From a candidate division FCPU426 bacterium (GTDB lineage: Bacteria > Oederibacteriota > Muellerivitia > Muellerivitales > Muellerivitaceae): DNA of 64,000 nt. Each line of letters opens with the position of its first letter. The first letter of the stretch is position 1. The position numbers and the translations under genes were made by a program. Under the pieces are notes generated by a model that made no database searches, was not told where the DNA came from, and was given only the letters and a program-made list of their open reading frames with translations. Of the stretch, positions 38,939 to 48,536 are shown piece after piece. The DNA lies in the NCBI GenBank assembly GCA_963738405.1, contig CAVTWJ010000023.1, positions 32,001 through 96,000 of the forward strand, in the 5' to 3' direction.

Positions 38939-41359
38939 TTATCTGCCATCCTTCCGGTCATTGCGTCTGGTATCTTGGTTCTGGGACTGATTGCCCCCGC
39001 TATGGTCGTTCGGTCGGGCGTGTCTGGCTGGGTCAAACGGCTCGAATTTTTTGTATTGCTTTCGGTGATCCCCCGTTTCACTAACCCAATCAGGATCACT
39101 GCCCGAGTAAAGGTTATAACCGTATAAAATATCACTCTGAGGTTCCTTGGGATTCAGGATCGGAAGAGGTTGAGCCCGCAGGCGATCTTTCTTTCCCGCC
39201 TTGTCGCTGAGGGGCCCAGCGATATGAAGAGTCTCCAAACCCTGAGGATATTCACCCTCTCTCGGGGATTTGAGCGGCGTTACGTGACGCTGGTACCAAA
39301 TATGTCCGCCCCAATTTTTCTTGTTGTTATTCTCAATGGCAGCTCGGGGATACCGAAGTTTCGCGACGGGCTTTTGAACCTTCTGCCAGATATCTAGCCG
39401 CGACAATAATTGGACGTCCTTGCCTAGTTCTGCTTTGTAATTCCCAGGCAAGTCCGCAATGGTCTCATCAGCCCTGGTCATCACCAGGGGTTCGCCCAGG
39501 GTCCCGTCATCACCCAGGGGACGAAGTGTCGCCCGAACGATCCTGCAATGGCCCAGACCCAGGGGCTTGCCCCCGCCCAAGCGCCAATCCACCGAACAAG
39601 AAGCCAAAACCAATGTCACTTCACGGGGGCTTAAAGCCCGAAGGGTGACACGCAAGTGACCCAATGGGGCGTTTTCCTCCGGCAAAAGATCCCCTGTTTT
39701 ATTTGCCTTTTGGTGGGGATCTTTCATGCGGCCCGCATAATCCGAGATACCTTGATTAGCAAAAAGCCACGGGGCGGCCGAGCCCCTCTCGCTACTGGTC
39801 CGGTAAACCTTATAACCCCTAAGGGGTAAACCATGATTGGCTACCAGGTCCGCCATTGAGTCCCCCGAGACCTCCCTATAGAAAGCCGCGCAGCCTGGAT
39901 GGGGTTGCTGCAATGGGGCCAAACTTACGGCCTTCATCTTGTCCATACAGCTTTTGAAAATCAGGTTACCCAAACGTACCCTTGCCGCGAAAGATTCTGA
40001 TGGTACCTGTTCGCGGTCGGCCCAGATGGGCACCTCCTTGGTCATGTCAGGTCGAGGCACCTGGCCGAATAGGTTGGTTACCTCGTCCACCAAGCCGTCC
40101 GGGTTAAACGCATCAGGTAAAACGTGTGGATGATGAGCCGATACGATGTCCAAGAGGCGCTCACCCGTCCGTCCCCAACGTGCCCATTGAATGGATTTCA
40201 CCTCATCAGCTTTCGTTATGTTATGGCACTTGGGATCAACCGGTTCAAGCCAGACTAAATCACCTTTCATAAGTTCTTTTTTATCCGCATGGCGGTGCCT
40301 GCCGTAAAATGCCGACCATAGTTGAGTTGGCAGAATGATCTCTTCTTTCCCGGCTAAGAAGATCCCCTCCCGCTTCCCCCTGTTATTGATGGGCCCCGAC
40401 AATTTCACCTGCCAAGCATGAGCCTGACTTGGGGTCTTGGACAAACTCGTACCAGCCTCGTTAGACCAAATAGTCTCACCCTTGCTGCCCGGCTTGGGCC
40501 GGTTCAAGGGAACATTGCATTGACGTGACGCTTGTTCAAGGTCTTCCCACTTAATCAATTTCGTTTTTCCCAGCCGGACCCGTCCCGGACGATTCACTTC
40601 GCCCACCTCGACCACTTCCGCCAGAAACGGGTTCTCTGGGACAATTCCCTGCGTGGCCGGCGTGGCGGGTCCCAAACGAGCGTCACGGCCCTGGCACAAC
40701 CAAGCCTCTTCGTCGAGGTGGCCCAAAGTCCCCCCTGTGAGGACTGAAAGGAGAGAACGAAGTGACCCTCGCACGCCGGTTGCGGGAACAACAATGTCCG
40801 TGCCGATGGCCAAAGCTTTGTAGGTCTTGTGGTCGCTTCCCTTGTTGACCGGATCTGATTCGTTGGTCAAGAGGGGGGAAAGCAATTTCACTTCCAGGTC
40901 TAGCACTCCTGTGAAACGATCCTTTTCTACCTCATCTACGCTCAAAAGCGTGGGTTTAACACGCCTGGGGGGTTTGGAAGCGAATGGGATAAAGGTGTAG
41001 GGATTGTGGAATGGTTCTCCTAAAATACTTGGGTCACCCGCACCCGCGTTATCCGCATGCGTGTTGGTCGGAACGGGCCGTCCGGCCCCACCCGGTCGGT
41101 GATTCCTGGCGTTACGGTCGGGCCTAGGCTCCGGTTTTCTCGATGGATTCTGCCCACTTGAACTGGATGCTAGGTTGCTCCCGGACGAAGCCCCTGCTTT
41201 TTCATATTCCGCCCAGAGTTTATCCGCTTCTATTTTCAGGTCGCCTTCGCATTTTTTTCCATTATTGCGCCAGCGATTGAAATCATCGACCTGGCTAGAT
41301 GAAAGCTGGCGTTTCTGAAGGTTTTCTCTAAACAATTTAATGGATGGATGTTCTGGCAT
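38939..41359 (-). CDS. cas7: Type III-D large Cas7 with insertion (TIGR03986-like RAMP)
   Basis: FHNPYTFIP, VPATGVRGSLRS, LFGQV, ARVRLGN, RGYKVY, LGGGKPLGLG. Confidence 0.85.
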   Translation of the reverse strand: MPEHPSIKLFRENLQKRQLSSSQVDDFNRWRNNGKKCEGDLKIEADKLWAEYEKAGASSGSNLASSSSGQNPSRKPEPRPDRNARNHRPGGAGRPVPTNTHADNAGAGDPSILGEPFHNPYTFIPFASKPPRRVKPTLLSVDEVEKDRFTGVLDLEVKLLSPLLTNESDPVNKGSDHKTYKALAIGTDIVVPATGVRGSLRSLLSVLTGGTLGHLDEEAWLCQGRDARLGPATPATQGIVPENPFLAEVVEVGEVNRPGRVRLGKTKLIKWEDLEQASRQCNVPLNRPKPGSKGETIWSNEAGTSLSKTPSQAHAWQVKLSGPINNRGKREGIFLAGKEEIILPTQLWSAFYGRHRHADKKELMKGDLVWLEPVDPKCHNITKADEVKSIQWARWGRTGERLLDIVSAHHPHVLPDAFNPDGLVDEVTNLFGQVPRPDMTKEVPIWADREQVPSESFAARVRLGNLIFKSCMDKMKAVSLAPLQQPHPGCAAFYREVSGDSMADLVANHGLPLRGYKVYRTSSERGSAAPWLFANQGISDYAGRMKDPHQKANKTGDLLPEENAPLGHLRVTLRALSPREVTLVLASCSVDWRLGGGKPLGLGHCRIVRATLRPLGDDGTLGEPLVMTRADETIADLPGNYKAELGKDVQLLSRLDIWQKVQKPVAKLRYPRAAIENNNKKNWGGHIWYQRHVTPLKSPREGEYPQGLETLHIAGPLSDKAGKKDRLRAQPLPILNPKEPQSDILYGYNLYSGSDPDWVSETGDHRKQYKKFEPFDPARHARPNDHSGGNQSQNQDTRRNDRKDGR

Positions 41360-41361
41360 GC

Positions 41362-42783
41362 TTATACCCCTTCCGAAAATAGTTTTTGAAACGTGATATT
41401 GGTGGATTCACTCTGCAGACCGGTAGCCCGCGATTCTTTTTCCAATCGCAATCGACCGGAAGCCTTGCTGGTACCCACCCTCAGAACACCGTAATGCAAG
41501 GCCGCCAGGGAAGAGGCAAGCCAGCGCACCTCATCCCCGGAGGGGTTTTGAATGGTGACTTGTGTCTTAAACCTGACCCCGCCAGTCAAAACGTGAGCAT
41601 CAAAAAGAAAGCCCTCGTTGGCCCCCCCTGAAATCCGATCGATGGCCACATGCTTTCGTAGCTGAACCTGGTTATCCGTAGAAGGCTGTTCGGAAAGTGC
41701 GTCGCCTATGTGTACCCGGCCCCGGGAATACAGGCTCCCGAACAACCGCATGATGGGGCAAGGAACTTCTTTTTCCAGGGAACCTGGATCGGCAATCAGG
41801 GCGTCCTGGATATGAACACGTTCATGATTCTCGGCATAACCCCATCCCACTTGATCGCCTTTTGGCGCGAGATCATTCCCGATCATGTCTAAATGCCGTG
41901 CATAGTTATCCGCGACAGGATGCCCTTCTCGGGCGGCCAGACGACTCATCCAACCCCGGAAGACACCACGTAGGCTGGAACCGGGCAATCGCCACCTGGT
42001 CTTGCCGTCGGCACCGACGACTTTTTGGGGGCCAAGATCGAATTCTCCTCCGTCCCCTTCGCCGACTAACAGGTCCTCCCCGGGTGGTATGGAAAGCACC
42101 AAGTCGATCCGCAGGTCCTTATCACCCGCGCCAACAGGCATCAGGGTTTCTCCGGTTATGGGAAAGATCCCCTCCCGGATTTTGTATCGCTCATCCATGT
42201 ACTCGGCCTGCTGATCCAAGTTGGCGCAATCAAAGGCACGATAGGAAGGTTCCCCCACTAGCTGGAGACGACCCAAGCCCCGAGAAGAATGGCCCCCAAC
42301 AGTCAACCCGCCTTTCAAAAGCGCCACCAGGCTTCCCATAAATGCCCTTGCCTCATCCCGCTCATCGCATTCGAGCCAGAGGACTAGGTCGGTCGATGTG
42401 TCCGGTGGCAGGGCCTCGACCTCGAAATGCGCGCCGCCCATGACCGATCCTGTGTGCCGGTCGATGGCGTTATGGGTGCGCCAGCTCTCGCCTTGACCGC
42501 CGGTCTCAAGCCGACAATCGGACACCTTAAGGAGGCTTGGATGGTAAGCGTCGTTCGTGTTGGCGTCGCCGAACCACTTCGTGACAAGGGCGTCTTCCGT
42601 CGCGACCCCGTGATGCCGGGCCCAGGCATGCCGCAGAGCGCCCGCCAGGGCTGTACCCCGCAAGACCGGTCGGCCTATCCCGTCGCGGGCCAGGGCCAAC
42701 CGATTGGCCAATTGCCCTTCACCTGGACTGACGCCTTCCGGAAACACGATTTTGGAGATTAAACGGTGGATGATCTTTGCCAT
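41362..42783 (-). CDS. cas7: Double-RAMP Cas7-Cas7 (Csm3-like) fusion
   Basis: Two RAMP units: GTALAGALR/NAIDRHTG/VGGHSSRGLG and PGSSLRGVFR/HVAIDRISGG/VGTSKASG; TAATG coupling to the upstream gene. Confidence 0.85.
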   Translation of the reverse strand: MAKIIHRLISKIVFPEGVSPGEGQLANRLALARDGIGRPVLRGTALAGALRHAWARHHGVATEDALVTKWFGDANTNDAYHPSLLKVSDCRLETGGQGESWRTHNAIDRHTGSVMGGAHFEVEALPPDTSTDLVLWLECDERDEARAFMGSLVALLKGGLTVGGHSSRGLGRLQLVGEPSYRAFDCANLDQQAEYMDERYKIREGIFPITGETLMPVGAGDKDLRIDLVLSIPPGEDLLVGEGDGGEFDLGPQKVVGADGKTRWRLPGSSLRGVFRGWMSRLAAREGHPVADNYARHLDMIGNDLAPKGDQVGWGYAENHERVHIQDALIADPGSLEKEVPCPIMRLFGSLYSRGRVHIGDALSEQPSTDNQVQLRKHVAIDRISGGANEGFLFDAHVLTGGVRFKTQVTIQNPSGDEVRWLASSLAALHYGVLRVGTSKASGRLRLEKESRATGLQSESTNITFQKLFSEGV

Positions 42784-44831
42784 TAGCGCCCCTCCAGACC
42801 CGAAGTTAAAAGGTTGTGCCAAACACGAAGAGCCTTCTTGGCTTTTTTCGGGTCATTCTGGATTGCCTGAATCAGTACCGCCTGGACATGTTTCCAACGG
42901 CCCCAGATCCTCCTCGACCTGGTATCTTTCTGGCGTTCCAGGAAATTGACTGCTTCCTGCCCGCCCTGTTCTTTGATACGCGCCGCGACCGCCGCGACCT
43001 GGGACGCGCTTAACCCGTCGTTCTTGGACATTTCACACCACCCCAAGGCCCATTCACCTGCCTTGTCGCTAGCCAGTGTCGTCAGGCTGGGTTCGGGCAA
43101 GTACAGTCCCTCCGCAATGCCCGGGTGGGGCAAGACGGCCCCGTAACCCTGGATGCGCCCATCCAGATCCCCCCCCGAGTCAACCCCCAGCCCCCGGTTA
43201 ATCTGATTCCAAAGGTTTTCCGGCTCCTTTTCCAGCACAAAAACGGACCCGGGCAGGAAAACCCGGCGAGCCGCCAAACGACCTGCGGGATCGATCCGAC
43301 CGCCCAAGCCGTAGCGGTTCCAGCCAAATCGGACACCGCAAGCAGCCATGTGGCCGACCTCGGCAACCCTCGCCGATTTTTTGGGGGAGGCAATCTTACC
43401 CCACCCGCTTTCCTCCACCAGACGGGCCAGGGCGGTCTCGGCGCATTTCACCTGCCAATCATCGGGAATGGCCGCGGGGGATTGAAGAACGAATACTTTT
43501 TTCTTCCAGCCCTTCAATTGCGTGGCCGGTTCTATGTTCCTTATCAACTTCAAGAGCCCCCCCCCACGAACGGTGCGGGCCTTGCCAAAGACAAATAGCG
43601 GGTTTTTTTGGACCAATGATTGGAGTTTTTCAGCGGCCTGTGGAGGTAGCGTGACCCAACCGGCGTAATTAAGCGGGGCCATCGCCTCGACTGTGAACAA
43701 GTTGCGCTTGTCCTTACCTTCCGGGTCGTAATGAACGGCATGAGCCGTGAGAATGCGAGGCATCTCACCCGACTTCCAGAGGAGGACTTTCCCTGAGGAA
43801 TCGCGAAGTAAGACACCGTCAGTGCCTTTTAAGGGGGAAGCCTTGGGAACCTGCGTCCAGTCATAGGGCTCGACCGCCGAATCGCGGAATTGTTGGTCTA
43901 TTTTGAGCTTGCTCATCCTGTGGCTCAATGAAACCCGCACCGGGTTCATCAGTTCCCCGTTACCCTCCTCTAGGAGGGTCGGTAGGAGGGGCCAGGCCCT
44001 GGTCCTGCGGTCCAAAATAGCGGCATGGGCTAGGGCCGAATCAGCTTGTGCTAACCGAGAAATAAGGGCGCCCAATACCGCCGAGGCAGGGATTCCCAAT
44101 CCGGTTCGCAAGATGTTGTTGCCCATATCAGGTGTTTCCGGGCAGCAAACCGGGTCCTCGGCCGAAAATGTAAGCCTCAATGTCACGGCCGGACCATCCG
44201 GTTCTTTGGCGGCAGGGGTTACCATGGGGTTTGGGGTTTCACCCGGCAATCCCTTTTCCATTTCCCTCGCCAGTTCCCGCAAAAAGGCTCCCGGGGTCCG
44301 CTTTTCGTCCGCAATTTTGACCAGACAGGAGCCGCTTCCACGGTTACGGTTACCGCCCACCGCTTCCATGGTCAATAGGGCCAGGGATACGCCAAGGGTA
44401 ACAACCGGCGATGCGCCTTCCGCAATCTCGATTTTCCCCATAAATTTTGTTCCGACGGCCACAGCTTCCGATGTTCTAAGCGTCTGGTTCACTGCCACCC
44501 CCAGTTCCCCCACGGCGGTCCTTGTGATCGGATGGACAAGACCTTGGGCCCCTTCGGGCAGGCGGGCATCGTGAACTTTCACCTGACCCTGATACCCTGA
44601 ATCCCCCTCCTGGCCTGGACGACCCAGAACCCGATTGGTCAGGGTCGGCCAATCCCGGCTGACGGCGATCCGGCCGAGGGTGTCCCTCAAAAGACCCTTG
44701 AGGTGGCTGCTTCGGACCACCGGGCGGTCCTGATGATCCCGTGCCACGATGTCGTTGACCGTTTCACCACCCTTCCCGCTGCCAATCTCTCCATCGCTTA
44801 ACAACTCGATCTCATATTGGATTGTTGTCAT
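42783..44831 (-). CDS. Cas7-Cas5(Csx10) fusion with helical C-terminal Cas11-like domain
   Basis: SSHLKGLLRD, VGGNRNRGSG (Cas7); IPASAVLGAL, FGKARTVRGG, PGSVF, RIQGYG (Cas5/Csx10); helical tail LSASQV... Confidence 0.75.
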   Translation of the reverse strand: MTTIQYEIELLSDGEIGSGKGGETVNDIVARDHQDRPVVRSSHLKGLLRDTLGRIAVSRDWPTLTNRVLGRPGQEGDSGYQGQVKVHDARLPEGAQGLVHPITRTAVGELGVAVNQTLRTSEAVAVGTKFMGKIEIAEGASPVVTLGVSLALLTMEAVGGNRNRGSGSCLVKIADEKRTPGAFLRELAREMEKGLPGETPNPMVTPAAKEPDGPAVTLRLTFSAEDPVCCPETPDMGNNILRTGLGIPASAVLGALISRLAQADSALAHAAILDRRTRAWPLLPTLLEEGNGELMNPVRVSLSHRMSKLKIDQQFRDSAVEPYDWTQVPKASPLKGTDGVLLRDSSGKVLLWKSGEMPRILTAHAVHYDPEGKDKRNLFTVEAMAPLNYAGWVTLPPQAAEKLQSLVQKNPLFVFGKARTVRGGGLLKLIRNIEPATQLKGWKKKVFVLQSPAAIPDDWQVKCAETALARLVEESGWGKIASPKKSARVAEVGHMAACGVRFGWNRYGLGGRIDPAGRLAARRVFLPGSVFVLEKEPENLWNQINRGLGVDSGGDLDGRIQGYGAVLPHPGIAEGLYLPEPSLTTLASDKAGEWALGWCEMSKNDGLSASQVAAVAARIKEQGGQEAVNFLERQKDTRSRRIWGRWKHVQAVLIQAIQNDPKKAKKALRVWHNLLTSGLEGR

Positions 44832-46369
44832 GAGTTCACTTCCGTCACCCAGTTCATCCTTGAATCTTCTTCCAGTAGGAGTAGCGCATCTATCACGGGT
44901 GTGGTACGCACGTTATGCCCGTTTTTGACCGATTTTTTCCATTTGCCTCCGGGTTTTTGGGGGCTTTCACCCTCATCCAGGTCGTTACTCAAAACTTCCT
45001 GGTTCTTCGCCAAGCTCTTCGCGAAGATCTTTCGGTCAAAAAAACCGGCCCTCATCCCTTTCAGCACACGGTGGCGGACCGAACCGGGCACTTTGCTGTA
45101 TTCCTGGGCTAACCGAATGAGGTCTCTCAGATCCGCGACCGGATAAGGCCTTTCGGTCAGTTGGATCCTCTCGTTCTGTAGATCGGCGTCCTGAAAAACC
45201 AATTCACGCTGTCGGCGAGCATGGGGTGTGTCGACCAGCCCCTCGGTGACCGATTCCCAGTCCACAAAAGAGGGGGTCGGAAAAACTTTTTGTTCACGGC
45301 CACCGCCCTTGGCGCTCGCCAGAAGCAGCTCGGTATAGGAGATGGCGGTGCTTAGCGGCAGGCCAATCGGGGCGAAGAGAATCCCGGCCGAAAGGGTGAT
45401 GTGGGATCCGGTAGCGGGCCACAGGTCAATGCCCCCCTTTTTCGCAAGGGCTGCCAATTCGGTGCTTTTCTCCTCGAAAACCCTGCAGGCTTCCCTTACA
45501 AAAGTCATCGCGTAACCGACATGACAAAGAAGGATAATGTCGTCCCCGCCGACCACGAGAGGCCGGATAGGCAGGATTATCTCCCCCCCGTCGACATCGA
45601 AACCTTCCTTTAGAGCGCGGATTTCTTCAATAATTAAGTCGATACCCTTCCTGCATGCTTCACGGCTGCAGGTGTCCAGGTCGCGACTCATCCGCCGAAG
45701 CCAACCGGTGAAAACGTCCGCCCGGTCCCCTAATTTTTCCACGGCCTTTCGATGCTGGGTTCCAATGTCGTTCCCATCCATGGCAATCACCGCCCAGCGG
45801 TTTCGGCCACCTAGTCTCTGCAAGGCTATTTTTCCCGCTGGGGTCGATTTATCCACGTCGTGGAAAAAGCTGAATTTCAAACCTTCTCGGCCATGACCAT
45901 TAACCCCCCCCAGCAATTCATCCTCAAAATAACGGTCCATCCGGTCCCCTTTTTGCCAGACCCGTTTTTTAACGATGTCGCTGACGCCGTTATTGGCCGG
46001 GTAGAGCCCGCTATCGGCACAAGGTTTGCCTCCCAGTTCGATGCTGGAAGGTAGCCAGGGATAAGTTTGGTCCGCGCCGTGGATGGCGACCGTGAAGTCA
46101 TCCGAAACGCCGAAACAGATGGTTAAACCATCCCGGTGCGCGGCTTCTACCAACTTGCGTCGTACCCTTTCCACTGCCTGGTCATTGGTACACTTGTAAG
46201 CGCCTTTTCCGCCGCCTGAAAAGAGGTGCTCTCCTTCCGGATCATTTATGCCTGGCGCGGTCACCCTGTCGTAACGGTCAATCAGCGCGCTTGATCCGCA
46301 AATGTATTTAAGGCGTGGGATTGAAAAGATGAAAGATTGAATGCCTTTTAAGTCATAGCAAAGATACAT
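44828..46369 (-). CDS. cas10: Cas10, HD-less, with intact GGDD palm
   Basis: Begins directly at DLKGIQSFIF; SGGGKG; AVIAMDGNDIG; PLVVGGDD; TLSAGI; 513 aa. Confidence 0.92.
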   Translation of the reverse strand: MYLCYDLKGIQSFIFSIPRLKYICGSSALIDRYDRVTAPGINDPEGEHLFSGGGKGAYKCTNDQAVERVRRKLVEAAHRDGLTICFGVSDDFTVAIHGADQTYPWLPSSIELGGKPCADSGLYPANNGVSDIVKKRVWQKGDRMDRYFEDELLGGVNGHGREGLKFSFFHDVDKSTPAGKIALQRLGGRNRWAVIAMDGNDIGTQHRKAVEKLGDRADVFTGWLRRMSRDLDTCSREACRKGIDLIIEEIRALKEGFDVDGGEIILPIRPLVVGGDDIILLCHVGYAMTFVREACRVFEEKSTELAALAKKGGIDLWPATGSHITLSAGILFAPIGLPLSTAISYTELLLASAKGGGREQKVFPTPSFVDWESVTEGLVDTPHARRQRELVFQDADLQNERIQLTERPYPVADLRDLIRLAQEYSKVPGSVRHRVLKGMRAGFFDRKIFAKSLAKNQEVLSNDLDEGESPQKPGGKWKKSVKNGHNVRTTPVIDALLLLEEDSRMNWVTEVNS

Positions 46370-46425
46370 CGAGAACCCCTTTCAATCATTTGTTCGAGGC
46401 CGCGTAATAACAAGACGTTTGATTC

Positions 46426-47601
46426 TCAAGACAGTAATCCTAATACCTTAATTGAAACCAACGTCCGATCAATCCCCAAAACCGCCTGGAGAGGATGCGC
46501 ACCTGAGCCCCGCCCCAGTTCGTTGACGATCAGCGCTGCTTTCGATGGGCCGAGTTGGGTGATGAGCCGTTTCCCAAGGCGGGACCGCGACGCCCCCCAC
46601 CAATTCGTCTCTAAAATCATGTCTGTATCAAATGGGCCCGTTAATAAATCATCATCGTTTTTGAAAATCCTGTAGGCAATCCTGCAAAACTCCAAATCCT
46701 TGGGTGTTAGCATAATTTTGATCGCATTCCCCGCGTTTGACTGCGCCTGATTGGTTAACCTACAGGGCTTTAACTGACAGGTCTCGCATGACTTAACATC
46801 CCGCGGACAAAGAATTCCATTTTTGCGCCACGCCAAAAGCGCCACCCAGAGGCTCTGTTTCGGGTCCAGGTCAAGCCGTTTCCCGTCCACTTCGATGTAA
46901 CCAGGGGCCTTTTCCAAGTTCACCGTCAAGCTGACCTGCTTCATGTTGAATTCCTCAAAAGCCGTCGTGAGCGAGGTTTTCAATAAATCGAGATGGATAT
47001 TCCTGAAAAAGTTATTGAGGCGAGGAAAAGGCACTTCAAAAAGATTAACCCATTTTATTTCGGCCTTCTTTTTGGGGTCAGGATACCACCCATTCGAAAG
47101 TTTCTTTTCCTTTCCCGGGTCCATGAGAACGTGGTAAAGAGTGTCCCCTTCCCTGGCGAAGGCGGACATACCAAGGGTCAGGTAAGCGGACATGGTTTTC
47201 CGCCCGCCCGCGAGGGAAGCTTGAAGCCCCACCGCCGGGTCTTTTGTGAATTCGTCCAAACGTTGGGCGATTTCCTCTTCCATGGCGGCGTTGGCCTCGC
47301 TGTCGCCAAGATCTTTTTTTATTTTCATTTTGGGGGGAATATGGATTTGAGATTCACCAAAAAGCGGGAAGGTTTTAGCCGGTAATTTCCAATCTTTCCA
47401 AAGCCTGGCAAAAGGGCCTTTCTTCATATCGATCAAGCCGGCTTCCAGAATTTTATTTTTACCTTCGCTGGTCGTGATCACATGAATTTCAGTAAGAATC
47501 ATTTTGTTTCTTACCACCAAAGCCCAAATCGCCTCGGTCAATACGGCCGGTGATTCCCCACCCGTCGCCAGAAAAATACTCTTTTTCTTATTCATAAACA
47601 C
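46426..47601 (-). CDS. NE0113/Csx14-type CARF protein with a C-terminal Cys-rich, HTH-like domain
   Basis: LATGGESPAVLTEAIWAL, EIHVITT, ASLAGGRKTMSAYL, GDTLYHVL. Confidence 0.8.
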   Translation of the reverse strand: MFMNKKKSIFLATGGESPAVLTEAIWALVVRNKMILTEIHVITTSEGKNKILEAGLIDMKKGPFARLWKDWKLPAKTFPLFGESQIHIPPKMKIKKDLGDSEANAAMEEEIAQRLDEFTKDPAVGLQASLAGGRKTMSAYLTLGMSAFAREGDTLYHVLMDPGKEKKLSNGWYPDPKKKAEIKWVNLFEVPFPRLNNFFRNIHLDLLKTSLTTAFEEFNMKQVSLTVNLEKAPGYIEVDGKRLDLDPKQSLWVALLAWRKNGILCPRDVKSCETCQLKPCRLTNQAQSNAGNAIKIMLTPKDLEFCRIAYRIFKNDDDLLTGPFDTDMILETNWWGASRSRLGKRLITQLGPSKAALIVNELGRGSGAHPLQAVLGIDRTLVSIKVLGLLS

Positions 47602-47761
47602 CCCCCCTTAAATTAGTTTTCAATCTTAAACCCGCCTGTCTTGTCTTTATAAATATCTTTCGCCCGTAAAGTCATTTAACGCTTCCTTAACATTGGTTTT
47701 CTTTTTATCCACTAATTTTAAGCCATTGTCTCAAAAGTCTTTTCCAATTCTAGTTGTGTTA

Positions 47762-48430
47762 TTAACGTCCTCGTCCCGAGCTTCTAAATGAACAACCCAT
47801 CGGCATTCTCATGGGAGGAGGCGCCGAGTAGTACATCACCCGTGGGGCGGAATAAATGACCCTAGCCGGTTGGGGATTAGCGTATCGAACGTAAGCCCGC
47901 CGAATAACCCGCCTTGGCGGGGTTGGGAGATAGACCCGAACATAACGATGGTCAATTACGGGGGGGCGAACAATCGTTCTCCTTTGATGGTATTGGTAGG
48001 ACGGCCTGGTGAAATGCCGGATCGGGTTTGAGATATATCCTCCTGTCTGATGGGTGATCGCTACCACACTAGCTTGGGTATAGGATTGCGACGAATAAGG
48101 ATAAACCGAAGAAGCCATTTGGGCTGAACTAGGTTGATTCGCGTGTCCTACAACTACGTTCCGGGATGCCGAACGCGTGACATGATTTTCACCTTCTGCG
48201 GGTGGATTACTAACGCGATGGGAAAGGGCCTCTAGACCCAAGAGGATGATTCCCCCACCCATTGCCAAGGTGAAAAGGATCGGACCCCAGTTTCGCTGGG
48301 CGCGCGGAACCGGTCGGTAAGGCGCGGTAACTCCCTGAACCGTTCTATGGCTCGGCGAAGAGCCAACGGGATTGATGGTCCCTTGAACCCTGTCGAAAGT
48401 GAACTGATCATTCGTTACGAAGCGTTCCAT
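47762..48430 (-). CDS. Single-pass membrane protein with low-complexity R/P/Y-rich tail
   Basis: GGAGG RBS; TM segment ILFTLAMGGGIILLGL. Confidence 0.55.
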   Translation of the reverse strand: MERFVTNDQFTFDRVQGTINPVGSSPSHRTVQGVTAPYRPVPRAQRNWGPILFTLAMGGGIILLGLEALSHRVSNPPAEGENHVTRSASRNVVVGHANQPSSAQMASSVYPYSSQSYTQASVVAITHQTGGYISNPIRHFTRPSYQYHQRRTIVRPPVIDHRYVRVYLPTPPRRVIRRAYVRYANPQPARVIYSAPRVMYYSAPPPMRMPMGCSFRSSGRGR

Positions 48431-48536
48431 TGGGCCTCCTTTCTTTTTTATCCTTATCCTTTAATTGAATACTACCAGTTCTTCGACATCTTAAAACTTT
48501 TGCAAAATTGCGCCCTCCTGAAAGCCTTCCTGGTGT

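Noticed and set aside
36371..47640. ATTGAAA handle-like words upstream of cas1 (~36420), cas10 (~46385) and the CARF gene (~47620)
   Set aside because: Only 7-9 nt matches without the repeat stem; one overlaps an RBS; compatible with chance in AT-rich intergenic DNA.
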